IMG/VR virus record: IMGVR_UViG_3300046170_000265
Location: 1 to 57,403 of that record
Strand: one strand, 5' to 3'
DNA from: a virus
Taxonomy: Duplodnaviria; Caudoviricetes
DNA length: 57,403 nt
Shown here: positions 44,625 to 57,403 of the stretch, piece by piece
How the letters are laid out: every line of letters starts with the position of its first letter
Position numbering within the stretch: the stretch's first letter is position 1
The notes under the pieces: model-generated
Databases searched by the model: none
The model's input: the letters and a program-made list of their open reading frames with translations, nothing else
What the model was told of the DNA's origin: nothing
Made by a program: the position numbers and the translations under genes

Positions 44625-46662
44625 TTAACCAGTTGGGCTGACGATGCCTCGTCTGTCCTCTGTGGTTTTCAGCAATTCTAGTTCGCCTTCATCGACAAAT
44701 TTCTTATGCTCGAACTCAGCTTCTCTGAGGTCTTGCTGGTCTGACTGCATGGCGAATTGTGATTGCGCTTTGGCTGCATCAAGCTCCATCTTGCTGGCTG
44801 CTTGTTGCGCCTGAGTTGCCACCTTCTGTTCAGCAACAACTGTCTGACGCTCCTGCAGTTCCATTTGCTTCTGCGCCATCTGCGCTTGCATCTGAGCTGC
44901 TTGGTCAGGTTGTGGTGGTGGCAGCTGTTCTGGGCTTGTCAGGTACTCATTCACGTTGAGTATTCCTTGCTGCTCCAAAATCTGCTTCATCATGTTGTAT
45001 TTGTTTTCCATGCCGTATAGCGGCTGGAGCGATGGGTCTTGTGACATGAGGGTGTGAAGGGCCAGATACTTCTGTGCTTCACGCTCCTGTTCGCCATAGC
45101 CAAGCTTCATCTCGACCATAACGTCACGCTTCTCTTTCCAAGAGCGTGGGTCAATTTCGACAAAGCCCCCTGCTATATCCACGACCTTTTCGTACTGCTC
45201 GTTTTCAACTACTAGTCCTGTATGCTTCGTGATAAAGCGGCTTCAGGAACTGCATAGCAAAATTACGAGATATAATTTTGGCTCGTTGCTGGCTCATGGT
45301 GGCGAGTTGCTCGACCATGGCAGCACTATTTTGTTTGCTAATAGCGTCCTTGTTCATCCCAGTGCTGAGTGAGCTAACTGAGGATGTCTCTTCTTTTTCG
45401 TCATCAAGCAAATTGATGGTTTGGAAAATGAAGGGGTTTAGGGGTGCTTGCGGCATAGGCTGCACGGCATCTGGGCGGGTTACATTCACGATACCGCCAA
45501 CTTTGTTCGAAATTAGCTCTCTGGCGTTGCTCAAGCCACCTTTCACAATCATGTATTTTGGATTGTTAGCTACCACCGCATGGTCAAGAATTGAGCGTGT
45601 CAGTACAGTTTTAGCGTTTTGAGTGGCAATAAGCTTGCTTGCGAAGTTCGCACCGTAAAAGCTATGGGGCGTAGGTAATGGCGTAAAAGTGATGAACGGG
45701 CGTCTATCGACCTTTTCCATCTCAAGTATCTGGTTGCCAGCTTTGACTACTTTATGAAGCGTAGCCTCACCCGTGGCGTCTGGGTCAATTTTGATATACG
45801 CCTCGTACACCATGATTTCACGTACTTGGTCGATATAGCCATGAGCGTGGTTTCTACGACCGCCGCCGATTTGCTCAAACCTAGCCAGTATCTCAGGGTC
45901 AGTCTCAAGCTCTACGTCTTCATGGTCTGTGCCAATCAGTGAGATTTTGTCTTCGTCATCTGGGTACATCTGGCGCAATTCGGTCAGGCTTTTGCGTGTC
46001 CGGTGCGCACAGAAATCAACATCAATTGATGCAGCTTGTGCTTGGATTAGAAACTCTTCTGGGGCGATTGGCTCAATGCGTACTTGTGATACGTCTATTT
46101 TGCGTTCAATCGTGCCTGAGATAAGTCCAATCTCGTTGGTTTCGCTGTCTACTAGCTCGATGTCGTCATCAGCTAGAAGCAAGTCTAGCTCGTCTTCAGT
46201 TAGGTTCTGAAACTCTTCTTCTTGCGGCTCTGACGCCTGTTCCCAGTAGATTTTACAGACACCTATACGTGCCATCAGGCCATCTAAAATAACTTGTTGG
46301 GCCGCACCGAAAAAATCATTCTGGCGATGGATTACGTAGTCCGTATACGAGGAGCAGATTTCACTTGTTTGCACATCATCCGGCCCTGTTGGCGCAAATC
46401 TAACGATGCGGTTACCAGCTGCAAATGTCTCCAGAAGCAATGCTGACATTGACTGAACGCCAGCCCAAACATCTTGGCTAATATATTTGCTGTTAGCATC
46501 GTGCGCTGGTGTAGGCTTTTCGGCGTTGTAATATTCAGTGACCTTCTTGCGTTCTTGGCTCAACTCACTGTCGTAATAACCTACGGCTGATTTGATGTTC
46601 AGCTCCAAAGCCTTCAGGATATCGCCGTCATCCATGGGCTGGTAGTCATCTATTTTTGCCAT
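44625..46662 (-). CDS. Portal protein B, frameshift near 45210
   Basis: ORFs 45205-46662 and 44625-45182; shares DAISKQNSAAMVEQLATMSQQR with portal A. Confidence 0.9.
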
Positions 46663-48240
46663 TAAATCATTTCCGTATAAAGTTCGTCAGGTGTTTCGAC
46701 CGCTTCCCACGCGCCTTCGTGGACATAGTTAGCCAAAGCCAAGCTCATCACGCAGTCGTCATGACAGCCGTGTTCTGCTTGCATCGCCCCAGACTGGGTT
46801 ACGATGTAAGTAAGCATTTCCCTGATTGTGGTTTTGTCGTTTAGCTCCAGCTCGTTTTCACGCATAGCTGCTCTGAGCTGGTCAATGACAAGAGGTTTAG
46901 ATTTTGCAGTGGTTGTGAAACCAAGCTTTACCGTCTCTTTATCAGTCGTCTTATCGTGCTGAATTTCAGTGTACATACAAGGATAAGCCATGTCCTTACC
47001 CAGACGAGTAACCGTGAGAATGCCGTGGCTATTGTTTTCACAACAGATAAGAGCTTCGTTGTAATACGTTCCAAGATGGTAAAGAACTTCCGCAAAATAG
47101 TCTGGATGAACGTGACCACGCCACGTAGCCACTTGACGCTTTTTGCTGTCCAAGACTTGCGCGACAGACCAGTCTCCATCTTTGATGCCCATTGCAGTAT
47201 CTGCACCCACAACATAAGTTTCTCCTGCTGTCATGTTTTCTGTAAATTTGTAGTTCACCACGCGAGTGGTTGACCCATTCGTCTGTCTCCAAAGCCAGCT
47301 TTTCTTCAAGGTCTCTGGTTTCTTTCAGACATTCCTGCAGCTGCTCTGGGTTAAAAACAGGGCGTCCGGTCGTCAGGAAGCTTTCTTCTGGGGTCGCTGG
47401 GTATTCTTGTTTGAATAAATCGATGCCGTTTTGCGCTATTTTGCGCCGCCGGAACATCAGCTGCTCATCGTCGAGCTTGTAGGTTTCGACCAAGTCTTCT
47501 TCGTCTGGCGTTAACTCAAACTTGTCTGGAACAGGTTCTCGATAAGTTGGGTCGGTAAACCAAGGTATAAAGACCGGCACGTAGCCATTTTTGCCCTCGA
47601 CTGCCCCTTCCCATAGCTTGTGGAAGGTATTGCCAATACCGTTGGCAGTGCTTTCAATAAATATGCTTGTGCCTTTGGTATTCGGCACGGCTTGCGCCAA
47701 TCCATTGAATATTTCTTCTGCAGTAGATTTGGGCCAGAACGAAAGCTCACTCAGATGCGCTGCACTTAGCGTTTCGCCCCGTGCAATTGCTTCACCACCA
47801 GCTGTCGCAACAACGTAAGAGCTGTCGAGAATGTCAAAAGACAGCTCGCGTCTGCTTGAGTATTTGGTGTGCGGCCTAAGTATTTCGGGACAGTTTTCAT
47901 GATATCTCTTTGTCATATCAAAAAGCGCACGGGTGCTATCACTGTGGTGAGTGACAACCATCGCTTTTTTAGCTGGGTTCTGGGATACGGAAAAATAAAG
48001 GTAGCCACCGACCATAGTCGATAGACCCTGCTGTCGGGCTTTCAGGATAATAATCCTTACTTTGCCTTCTTCAGCTATCTGCTTGTCGATGGCTGCTTGA
48101 AGTATCTGCTGAGCTGGGTTCAACTTTAGAGGTGCGACTTTGCCTTCTTTGGTTCTGATTTTGAGAGCGGATTTTGCGTAAAATGGAAAGTCAGTGTGCA
48201 GTTTCTTGCGAACTGCTTTGAGCCTCTTGTCCATTTTCAT
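46662..48240 (-). CDS. terL: Terminase large subunit B, frameshift near 47240
   Basis: LKARQQGLST and ESTANG in 47038-48240; GAD and DDCVMSLALA in 46662-47309. Confidence 0.92.
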
Positions 48241-48704
48241 CCTCTAACAAACCAGACAAGAAATCCTCAGCCTTGCTGAGTGCGACTTCAGATTTTGAAG
48301 CTGGCTTTTGACGGGTGAAGTCCAAAACAAGTCTGGCAGCTGCGACACGCTCTCGATTGTCACCTACCGTGCGCATTACTTCGACTGCTGTTTCCAGAGC
48401 GACTTTTGCGTACTCGTCCTCGATATCAAATTCTTTTGCCATGATTTCTACTGCCTTTTTGGCCTCAGCTTTCACTTTGGCTCTTATTGGTTCGATTGTT
48501 TCTTTGCTATATCCATCGGGAACACCGCGTGGTCGCCCTGCATTTTTACGGGGCTTTGTTGACCACTGTCGCCGTAATGCACGGCCTTCTTCGGTCTGCA
48601 TCTAGCGAAGCAAAATAGTTATTTTTTGGTGCTTTTTGCGGGTGTTTTCCTTGGCCTTTTTTGCTGGGGCTTTTCGCCCGTGGCTTTGACGGCTTTGAAC
48701 CCAT
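48191..48704 (-). CDS. terS: Probable terminase small subunit B, frameshift near 48602
   Basis: LRRQWSTKPRKN.GRP.G.PDGY shared with copy A; N-terminus PRAKSPSKKGQGK in another frame. Confidence 0.7.
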
Positions 48705-48895
48705 TGATAGCTTCCTCGATTTTGGTTAGCACGATTGCTCTTGTGTCCTTGCAGTGAACGCAAAATTGAACTGGTGGGATACATCTTGCCATGTCATCCA
48801 GCACCAGAACCTTTTCGCTATCTGTCAATGCAGACGTAGATAATCGCTCAACGCTTGTGAGTATCCCCACAAGGTCGCTTAGCTGATGTTTGCAT
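48619..48895 (-). CDS. Hypothetical protein specific to phage B, overlapping terS; start probably frameshifted
   Basis: AAGGAGAG RBS before the ATG at 48895; ORF 48619-48870 contains CVHC. Confidence 0.5.
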
Positions 48896-48919
48896 CAGTT
48901 CTCTCCTTGATGTGTGTGT

Positions 48920-51900
48920 TTATGCTGCGCTGCTCAGTGAGCCAGAGCCTAAAGACAGAAAGCCTTTGGTTTCTTCGTCATCACCCATACCAGGCAAGAA
49001 GTGAAGTCATAACTCCAGCTCCTAACAATCCTGCGATTGAATGGAAGGTAATGAATTTGCCAACATCGCTGTTGTTGACCAGCTGCCGCATCAAAGCCGC
49101 AACCTCTGGGTTAAACCTTTTCATATGCCTTGGGGCAATCATATACTGCGCCAATGCATCTGCTGATAGTTCAGCTGGTTTGTAGAGGTAGTCGACTTGT
49201 TCTTTTCATTCGAGACAAGCCCTTCCATTAGTGGTGCGGGGTCTCCACCAGCCATTGAAATTAATCGGGCGTGTGTGCCAGTTATTCCTGCAAAATCGAA
49301 ATTAGACATATAAGCGATTTGCTTTATTGAAGGCACGGGAGCTATCGATGCAACTGCCTGAGATGCGTTTTCCCAATCACTTACATTCTTATCGACAACT
49401 GCCCAAGACTGAGGGCGTCTGTCCCTGCTTATCTCTTCCATTTGGTCAAGTATGTCTTCAGCGTTAGCTTTTTGTTGGTCACTAAAATCATCTTTAAACA
49501 ATGGGTTTAAAGCTCTTTTTAATGAGGTAACAGCTTCTCTTACACCGCTTTGACTCTCGATAGAATGTCCAAGCTCATGTAGAAAAGTTTCAAGCCATGA
49601 ATGCCCATCGTTGCGTCCATTTGCAAACTGCTCATCCAACTCCCTCATGCTTATTCTTCGGTCAGTTTTTGCTGTTGTCATGCTGTACTGACCACGAGAA
49701 TTACTACGTGTACCAAGCAGTGTGTCGAAAGCATCAACCAAATAAGGAAAAATCGTTTCGATTTCTTCGTTGGTGATTTGCGGTTTTCCACCAGCCAAAC
49801 CCACTTGAACAAGCGAAGCCACTTCCCGACCTTCAGAGTCGAGGCGCTTTAACTGCTTTTGGAAGGAATTTTTCTAACCTCATCGATGTAGCCATATTCA
49901 GGCTCAGTCATCTTTGTCAGGCGAGATATCAAGTCTGAAGCACGTGTTTGCTGCACCCGTGGCTCGGTAAAGTCTACTTGGCTCAGCAGCCTTTCGAGGT
50001 CACGGTCTTCATTTACGCCTTCGGTAGGTCGAAGAAGTGGTCTGGAAGGTTGGCTTCCAGTTCCCCGTCCATCTCCTGCTCTGGATACGCCAGAGCCAGA
50101 TAGGTTTCCTGCGTTGGCGACAATCCCAGCTTGTTCAGCTGTTGCAGAATTGGGTCGTTGTCCTTCCCATGCTGCTCTGTTAATGCCCCCTGCTGCATCG
50201 AATACCTCCTGTCTAGCTTGGTCTATAGTTATATCATTTGCGTCATATCTTTTCCAGATATTCGCAATGGTTTCTTGGTTTTTCTTCTGACCCTTGTAAG
50301 CGGGTGTAAACAAGCCCCTGACAGCTTCCCAAGTGATTGACTGCATCTCTCTAGGTAGAATACCAGCTTCTGCCGCTGCAGCGCGATATGCGTCTGCGTA
50401 GAGGCCATAAGCTCCAACAGCACCAGTAATTCCAGATTTGCCGCCAGCTTTGAAGTTTTCTGCGACTTCTTGGTGATTTCCTGAGAATGGGCGTAAATGA
50501 CCAGCTGCTACTGCATGAGTATCGATGGTGACATCGCCTTGGTCGGACATAGGGCTGAGAATGTTGTTATAGAAACTACGAACCTTATGCATCATGCCTA
50601 ATTGGACATCCACGTTTTCACGTGCGCCATTTTCGATGATTTCGACAGCTTTTTGTATGTCACCAAAGCCATTCCAAGCCGTGCCTGACTTTTCGCCTTT
50701 GACTGTGCGCTGAAAATCAATCAGCTCGCCTTCAGGTGTAATGACACGATGCCCACGTTCTGGGTTGTTTATCTCATCATAGAACCGGATGAACACTGCC
50801 TTTTCGTAGGCGTTCAAATCCTGAAACTGTGCGCCATTGATGATTTTCAATGTAGAATTGAGAACCTTTCTTGGCGCAGGGTTTTGCTTCTTAATCATAC
50901 GCCGGAAAGCAGTAGCCATTTCTTTCGGTAAACGTGTCTGTCGGCGCAATATTGGTATAAGCATCGATGGTTCTGATGCCCAAAGTCATAGTTCATATAC
51001 CAGTCTTTTTGAGGTGATAATGACGCCATGACACCAGCCACTTGATGAAGGGCCAGTCCATATTTGTCAGCTGCCTGTTGGCTTAGACGGTTTGCACCAA
51101 CATACCACTGCTTCGCTCTTGCACGGTATTCTGGGCTAACGCTGTTATAGAGGTGCAGTAAGTTGTCTTTGATGTGGTCAATAAAGACTTGTTCATCTGC
51201 TCTGTTATCACCTTTGTTACGACCACCTTGGATGCCCAAATAGTTCATGACTTTAGGCATGAGCTTTCTCGCCGAGTGACGAGTTCAGAATAGCATCTGT
51301 GCCAATTTGTAAGCTTTGCTCAAGTGGGTTTTCAGTCGCCCCAACTGCTGTTGGACGGCGTGGTGAAATCCGCATTGGGTCATTGTTGAACAGGCTTTCC
51401 ATAGGCTGGTCAGCGTTGGTTTCCGTGTTTCCTGCTTTGCTGCGCACGAACTCTATCCAGATATGGATTGAGATATCGAGTGACGTTGCCTTTGCTCTCA
51501 GCTAACGCCGCTGCGCCATGAACGATACGCTCAGCTGCCTGAACTGGATTGCGGCCCAAATCACGCTTCAAATCTAGAAGTGCGTCTTCAACCAAATCCT
51601 TATCTTGTTGGCTAAGTGTTTCATCAGCTGCCGCCTGTTGGCGAAGAGTATCGACACGCTGCTGATTATCCTTGAATACCCTGCTGTCTACGCGCCATAT
51701 CCAGTGGTGAAACCTGGTGGAACGCCGCCTGGTATTTGCTGAGAATTATTGTTTGTATTCTGTAGGTTAGGCGTTGCGCCGCCCTGTTTTCTTATCTCTT
51801 CGAGTATTCTGGCACTTACGTTCGAGATATTATCGACACGCTGATTGAAGCCCTGAACACTGCGAATAAGCTGCTCAAGCTGCGCCTTTATATCCTGATG

Positions 51901-53699
51901 CTCAGGCATTTGAGCCATACGCTCTGCAACGGCAACTTGTTGTTGTCTGTCTAATCCCGTGTCGTCAAAAATCATCCCAGCTGGAGATGTTTTGTTGGTA
52001 ATCGGGACGATTGGCGTCAAAGTCTTGCCGGTTCAGGGTTTCCTGCAGAACGCTGCGTTCTTGACGAGCTTGGTTCTGTTCGTCCATAGCCGTGCGAACT
52101 GATGGTGACGCTGCTTCACGAACACCAGTATTATCTCTGTTCTGCCTGATGAAAGTTGGCAACATTGCTGCGTTTGCCTGTGACTGCATCGATGGCTCTA
52201 CCACCAATAGCTGCCGCACCTAGTGCGATTGGGCCAGCTGGCCCTGCGCCAGCAAACGCACCGCCATATAGGGCAGTTTTACCAGCACCCTCTATAAGCC
52301 TCTTGGTTGCGTAACCTTCGCCAAAAGAAAGCGGGTTAATCTTGTCAGTAAAGCGAGAAACGCCGCCTTTTAGACCTTGGTTGTGCAAGGTTGTCAGCTC
52401 GTTGCTTTCACGCATCAAAGACAGCATTCTTTGGCCTTCGGCAGAGCCGCCAACCAGCTGTTCTACAGCATTGAACTCTTCTTTGGTAACGATGCCCTTT
52501 GTCTTGTTTCTAGCGTTGCGCAGTGCGCTTTTCGCTAGGTTTTTGACTTGTTTTAATACATCGCTATCGTTTTTGGTGTCGTGGGTAAGCTCTTTTTTAA
52601 GGGCTTTCTGTTCAGTCGAGATTTCATCGGAAATGTTGACATGAGCTTGGTCTACAAGCGCACGTGCGCCTTTGACATCCATCGCCTGTGATACATTGCC
52701 AGTGTTAAATTTATTGTTTTTGGCTGTACCTTCCAGCCGTCTTGCGAGATTGCCAGCTGCCTCTGTATCTTCAGGGGCTGTCATACCGCCAGCTGTAATA
52801 ACTTCTGTGCCTGTTCGAAGACCAGTACCAGCTCCTAAACCACCAACTGCGCCAGCCAATGCTTGGTCGCCAGCTTGCGCTGCATCAAAGCCAGTTTCAG
52901 TGCCAACTGTTTCACCAGCGTATTGAAGCGGGTTTTGGATGGCTTCAGTTCCAGACTCCTTGACGCCAGCTCCAACGATACGTTGAGCCACGTTTCCAGC
53001 ATTTTGTCCAAAAACACCTTTTGCACCAAAGCGTTCTGCACCCGCAATTCCTGCTGCGGTAACTGCTGCATATGCCAAATCTTCTGGTGTTACTTGAGTG
53101 CGACCATCGTTTGCAGCTCGTTTTTCTGCAATCGGGGACACATAACTTGCAAAGTAAGCTGGTGCGCTTATCAAAGCCGCTGCCATGTCCGGTAGACTGG
53201 TAACCGCCGCCTCACCCATAAATGCCAATACATTAGCGGTCGATGGGTTCGATTTGACTTCATTCCACGGTGTCAGTGGCTGATAGTTCAGGGCTTTTCT
53301 GTTTTTTGCGAGGTAATCGGCTGCATCTTCAAATTCAGTGCCGGTAAAGCCTAATGGGTTTGTTGCTTCTGCCGGTACGTCTTTTGCGTCCCGCATTTCA
53401 GTGTTTTTTAGGTCACTAAACTGAAACCCATCATCACCGGTTGGGACGTAGATACGTGGGTTTTCATAGCCAGTAACCGCTTTGGTAACGGTAGGCATGA
53501 AATCAGCTAAACCCTCACCAATAGCGTAAACCCTGTCCATCATTCCTGTGCCAAGGTTTTCGGCTACATTTCTCTGTGGAGCTGGAGCAGCTGCTTGCTG
53601 CTGTTGGCTCTGTATCATCTGAGCGATACGGGACGCAGCTTGAGTATCTCCTGCAGCATCTGCATTACGCAGTGCTTGCATTAGCTGGTTCATGTCCAT
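48920..53699 (-). CDS. Large internal virion/ejection protein B, fragmented by several frameshifts
   Basis: Fragments 52131-53699, 51688-52020, 50895-51260, 49849-50964 and 49139-49822 are collinear with 6459-11006 (RESNELT.LHN, HELGH). Confidence 0.75.
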
Positions 53700-53708
53700 G
53701 CCATGCTC

Positions 53709-54704
53709 CTATGATTGGGGATTTAGATATTTCCGCACTAAAGCTTCATCGTCAGCGTTTGGCTGCTGTGCGCCGCTGCCGCCAGAAAAATCTAGCTGGT
53801 CAGCAGATGGGTAAGGATGGTTGCCCTCACCGTGAATAATATTGTTATAGACATGAATAAGGTTAACGAGGTTGAGCCGAAGCTCTTCCGGGTCATTGGT
53901 CTGGTCTAGATTACCAAACGCAGCGTTCAGCTGCTGTAGTTCGAAGTTGGATACCTGACCAAGTGCGCCGCCTGTTGGTGATGCTTCACGCATAGCCTGA
54001 AGCTTGTCAAAACCAGCGTTACCTTTGATTGTGGTCAAAAGGTTGCCAAGCGTTTTTGCCTTGCTGTTAGGCATACCGCTCATTAACCCAGCCCACCCAG
54101 TTGCGCCGGAAAAGTAATTATTTAAAGCACCGTCATCGGTAATATCGTTCTGGATAATTTCCAAAGCTCTAGCACCAGCATCATTAACGATGTCTGAAGA
54201 TGCTTGTTTGGTTGCATTACCGCTTGAGCCTTTGCCTTTGCCAGCGTTCATTGCTTTCTGGGCTTGGGCTTCTCGTAGCTTCGCTAGAACAGCTGAATTG
54301 TAATCTTGGGTCTCATAGCCACGATTTGCATCTTGGATTGCACCAAACTCGTCTGTTGCTGCTTGTAAGGCATTCAAACCGCCTTGGGCTGAACCACCTA
54401 TCATTTTACCACCAATACGCATGAGTGCTTCATTTGTGCCGATTTGACGGCTGGGTGGCGGCGGTACATTCATTGGAGCTGCTGAGCGTCTATTTTGGCT
54501 GCTATTTGGGATTGCCATATAGGGAGCTGAGCCGCTTAGTGCGCCTTGGCCTTGCTTTGGTGAATTAGGCTCACTCAAGACGCCATTTACGCTGCTCGTT
54601 GTGCCTCCAAAAACGTTTTCGGGTATGTACCCGTAATTTTTCATGTAGTATTCGATAAGGTCAGAGCCGAAATTTTCAGTGCCGCCGTATTGTTGCTTCA
54701 TCAT
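53709..54704 (-). CDS. Internal virion/ejection protein B
   Basis: Homolog of 11030-12184, including YN..IHGEGNHPY. Confidence 0.65.
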   Translation of the reverse strand: MMKQQYGGTENFGSDLIEYYMKNYGYIPENVFGGTTSSVNGVLSEPNSPKQGQGALSGSAPYMAIPNSSQNRRSAAPMNVPPPPSRQIGTNEALMRIGGKMIGGSAQGGLNALQAATDEFGAIQDANRGYETQDYNSAVLAKLREAQAQKAMNAGKGKGSSGNATKQASSDIVNDAGARALEIIQNDITDDGALNNYFSGATGWAGLMSGMPNSKAKTLGNLLTTIKGNAGFDKLQAMREASPTGGALGQVSNFELQQLNAAFGNLDQTNDPEELRLNLVNLIHVYNNIIHGEGNHPYPSADQLDFSGGSGAQQPNADDEALVRKYLNPQS

Positions 54705-55762
54705 CCAAACCCCCTATAAACACCCGGCTCATATTGGTTATAAGGGCCGGTGTAAGCTGTTTGAGCCGGTGGTTGGACAGCGGGTTGTGCGCCACTACCA
54801 GTGAAAAAATTACCTAACTGTGGCCCATATTCGCCGCCAAAGCCGAAACCAGCTTTCATACCACCAAGAGTGGCTGAGAGTGGGTCAACTGTGTTTGCTT
54901 TGACTTGCCCGACTGACTGAGGTGCGTTGTTCAGAATACCGGCGTTGTACCGCATATACTGGTCAAGAGCGAAATCACGATTACCGTCAAAATTGGCTCT
55001 GGCGTCATTCATAAATCCTTGGTCGTTGGCCCGTCTGAGTTCGCCAGCTTGCAGCATTTGCGCCGCGCCAGCGTTAGTTTGGCCCATGCCGTAAAGGTTG
55101 GCGAGATTGGCGTTAGCACCGGTCATATTGTCTAGCTGGTTCTGTTGGGCTGTCATTGAGCGATTAATCAAGCTGTCTTGAATATTTGCTGATGTATCTG
55201 CTTTTCTGTCTAGGAAACCACGCTCAAGAATTGCTTCTCGAACACCCCGTCTGCTGGAGTTGGTGTTTCCAGTTGCTGATGAGCTTAGGCCAGTGTTTGG
55301 CAGCTGGTTTTCCATCAGGTTGCGATAATCATCTCGCATCGCATTTTTTAGCAATGGGTCTGAATTATTTGAAGCATAGTTGATTGCGTTACCCAGCATA
55401 TCGCCAGACGCTTGGTTATATAGGTTTGCGTAATTGTTAGCGAAGCCACGGCCTGTGTTCATAAAATTAGTGGCGTCATTTGCACCGGCCTGACCAGTGC
55501 CTTCCATGCTATTAAGAGCGTCCAGTCTGTGTATTGTTCAGCCCTGCGAAGGTTGGCCATTGTAATACCCTGCACCCAGAGATGCATTCAGAGCATCAGT
55601 GCCGCCACTATACATATCTCCAATGTATGGTTTGGCTAGGTTGAAGCCAGCCATTGGGCATCGATAGCCGCTTTGGTTAGCACGTTGCTGGTTTTTGGCT
55701 GACTTATTCGCCATGACGCCGCCAATAACGGCCCCTGCAATTTGTCCCCACAATAGGTTCAA
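54701..55762 (-). CDS. Internal virion/pilot protein B, frameshifted
   Basis: WGQIAGAVIGG N-terminus; S.TGNTN.SR.GV.EA and F.G.RDFA shared with 12199-13548. Confidence 0.65.
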
Positions 55763-55777
55763 TTCCTCTTTAATTTT

Positions 55778-56056
55778 TTATACATCGACCCAAGTCGTTC
55801 CATTGAACAAGACAAGACCCTCTGAGCTGTCGCCCAAGGCATCCCACGGGGAAATGTTGTATTTTAGCATCCCTTTAATTGGGTTTGCTGGCGGTTGGTC
55901 TAGAACCTCTACTCCTGCAACTGCAAGTGAGCGGATTGCTGCTTCTAAACGTTGTAATTCATCTTGAAGATATCGCTGGAAACCATCTTCCAAAACTGGA
56001 GGCGTTCCCCTGCTATAGCCGTTGATGACCACATTATTCTTATCGTTTACTGCCAT
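55778..56056 (-). CDS. Small virion-module protein B
   Basis: Starts MAVNDK; homolog of 13580-13852. Confidence 0.7.
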   Translation of the reverse strand: MAVNDKNNVVINGYSRGTPPVLEDGFQRYLQDELQRLEAAIRSLAVAGVEVLDQPPANPIKGMLKYNISPWDALGDSSEGLVLFNGTTWVDV

Positions 56057-57403
56057 TACACCGCCCTGTCGTAGTAACATCCAAGTCGAAGCCCGACAGT
56101 TCAAAGTCGGCATAATCGTCAATGCCTTTGCTGAACTTGTAACTGAGGTATCGACCAGCTGCCCTGCTATCGACCTTATAATCTGAGGTAATATCGAAGG
56201 TGGTTGTGGTGCTGTAGGTTGGCGTGTTGTTTGGTAGGTCAGATGCGCCAAATTCTATTGTTAGCGATGTGTTGGAACTGTTTGTGGTTGCTACCTGTGG
56301 CAGCATACGAGTGACGACTTTGTAGCCATCTAATGGTTCACGGATTTCATCTAAATCTATGCCTATGCGTTCAACAAATGGTGGCTTTGTAGCTTGTGCG
56401 TCCACGTTAAACGCCATGCTGCCTTGGTCAGACAAATCCAAGCCATAAAGCTTTGAACTGCTGATACCGTTACCACTATCCGTGTTTCCAACCATAATTG
56501 TATGACGGTTTTTGCTGTCTTCTTGGTCGTAATAAGAACCACCAATATTGTCGTATGTTCCGGTGGATGCAGCATAGGTGCTTACCGTGTCCACATTGGC
56601 TGTTGTTCCGGCTGATACGTTGGGAAGGTCATAAAAGCTCCAGCTGCTGTTTCTTATATTGAAAACAGCTGCTCTGTTGCATCTTGCAGTGTCTGGAAAA
56701 CCTACGAGGCTATCCCCGGATTTATAACAAAACATGATTTCATCCAGCACCTTGTTATGCTGCACAAAGCATCTGTCTGCATTTGCGAAGTTAAGGCCGG
56801 TGAAAATGAAATTTCGTGTTTTCTCATCGCAGATGCTCATTTTGGTTGTGCCATCTGTCACGTAAATATCGTGCGTTCCAAAGACAAAATGCTTCCCGTT
56901 AGCCTCTGCGATACAATTTTGGCTAATAACGCCCTCATCACCAAACAATTTTCTAAATCCAAATATAAAAGTACCGCCAACAAATTCGACCAGCATTGCT
57001 TCTGTTGAACTGTAGATAATGAAATTTGTACCCAGCTCTGCACCATCTACAATTGAGGTTTGCATTTGGACTAGGTCATTAAAGCCCGCTGACTTCTGGG
57101 TATCATTTTCATCCCAACTATCTGGGATTGAGTTACCTGAAACCAATTTGAGAACCGGACACGGTTTGGAAAATTAGTTGAACCTTGGGTGACATTCAGG
57201 GCCAACATAAAATCACCGAAAGGGCGTAACGCTTTTGTGCGCCAAGTGCTATCCCAGTTGGTAGGTCAGCAAAGTTTGTCGCCGATCCGACTCTAAACAG
57301 CAGGAACACGGTCTGGCCTGTTGATGTAAGCAACGTCTGCAAGTGAAGACATGGTGAAAGCACGGGGGTCGGTAGCCCCTGAGATTGAACCACTTCTGTC
57401 CGT
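56056..57403 (-). CDS. Tail nozzle / tail tubular B-like protein B, 5' truncated by the window and frameshifted
   Basis: KSAGFNDLVQ, EFVGGTFIF and DSRAAGRYLSYK shared with 13855-15468. Confidence 0.75.

Larger units (their letters stand above)
32576..57403 (-). mobile_element. Phage/prophage B (truncated at window end): accessory gene, lysis, tail, head and packaging genes homologous to A
   Basis: Second syntenic set of capsid, scaffold, portal, terminase and ejection genes about 42 kb from the first and clearly divergent in protein sequence. Confidence 0.8.

Noticed and set aside
43289-57403. Many split genes, suggesting programmed frameshifting or a decaying prophage B
   Set aside because: The breaks are scattered indels in essential genes at both window ends (also 101-4423), at different positions in the two copies, while the centre is clean. 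Sequencing error is the simpler explanation, although decay is not fully excluded.

Overview
The window is phage or prophage DNA throughout, almost all on the minus strand. It holds about 1.4 genome units from two related but distinct podoviruses, joined at an att site made of the 3' half of a tRNA-Asn(GTT) gene (32524-32575). Phage A (1-32575) runs integrase, T7-like RNA polymerase, SSB, endonuclease, primase/helicase, MazG, DNA polymerase A, exonuclease, class II RNR and ThyX. It continues with a non-T7 morphogenesis module of SU10/cobavirus/HMO-2011 style: tail, ejection proteins, terminase, portal, scaffold and capsid. Phage B (32576-57403) supplies an opposite-strand 774-aa accessory gene, a lysis cassette, tail fibres and a second, divergent copy of the same morphogenesis module. 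The likely host is a marine alphaproteobacterium (inference). Frameshifts near both ends look like long-read errors, so a chimeric assembly cannot be excluded. Five signals stand out. (1) No repressor is recognisable, but several early proteins carry ssrA-tag-like AANDN/-AA motifs, an overprinted gene begins with an SspB-like ClpX-docking motif, and the RNAP gene lies downstream of its own promoters; together these suggest a proteolysis-based lysis/lysogeny switch. (2) A covarying RNA hairpin with an invariant anti-Shine-Dalgarno loop follows both capsid genes and has a candidate target in the lysis cassette. (3) An uncharacterised protein family is present twice. (4) att-core-like sites flank the replication module. 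(5) The large ejection proteins carry Ogg-like glycosylase and HExxH domains. All family assignments come from motif recognition; no database search was run.
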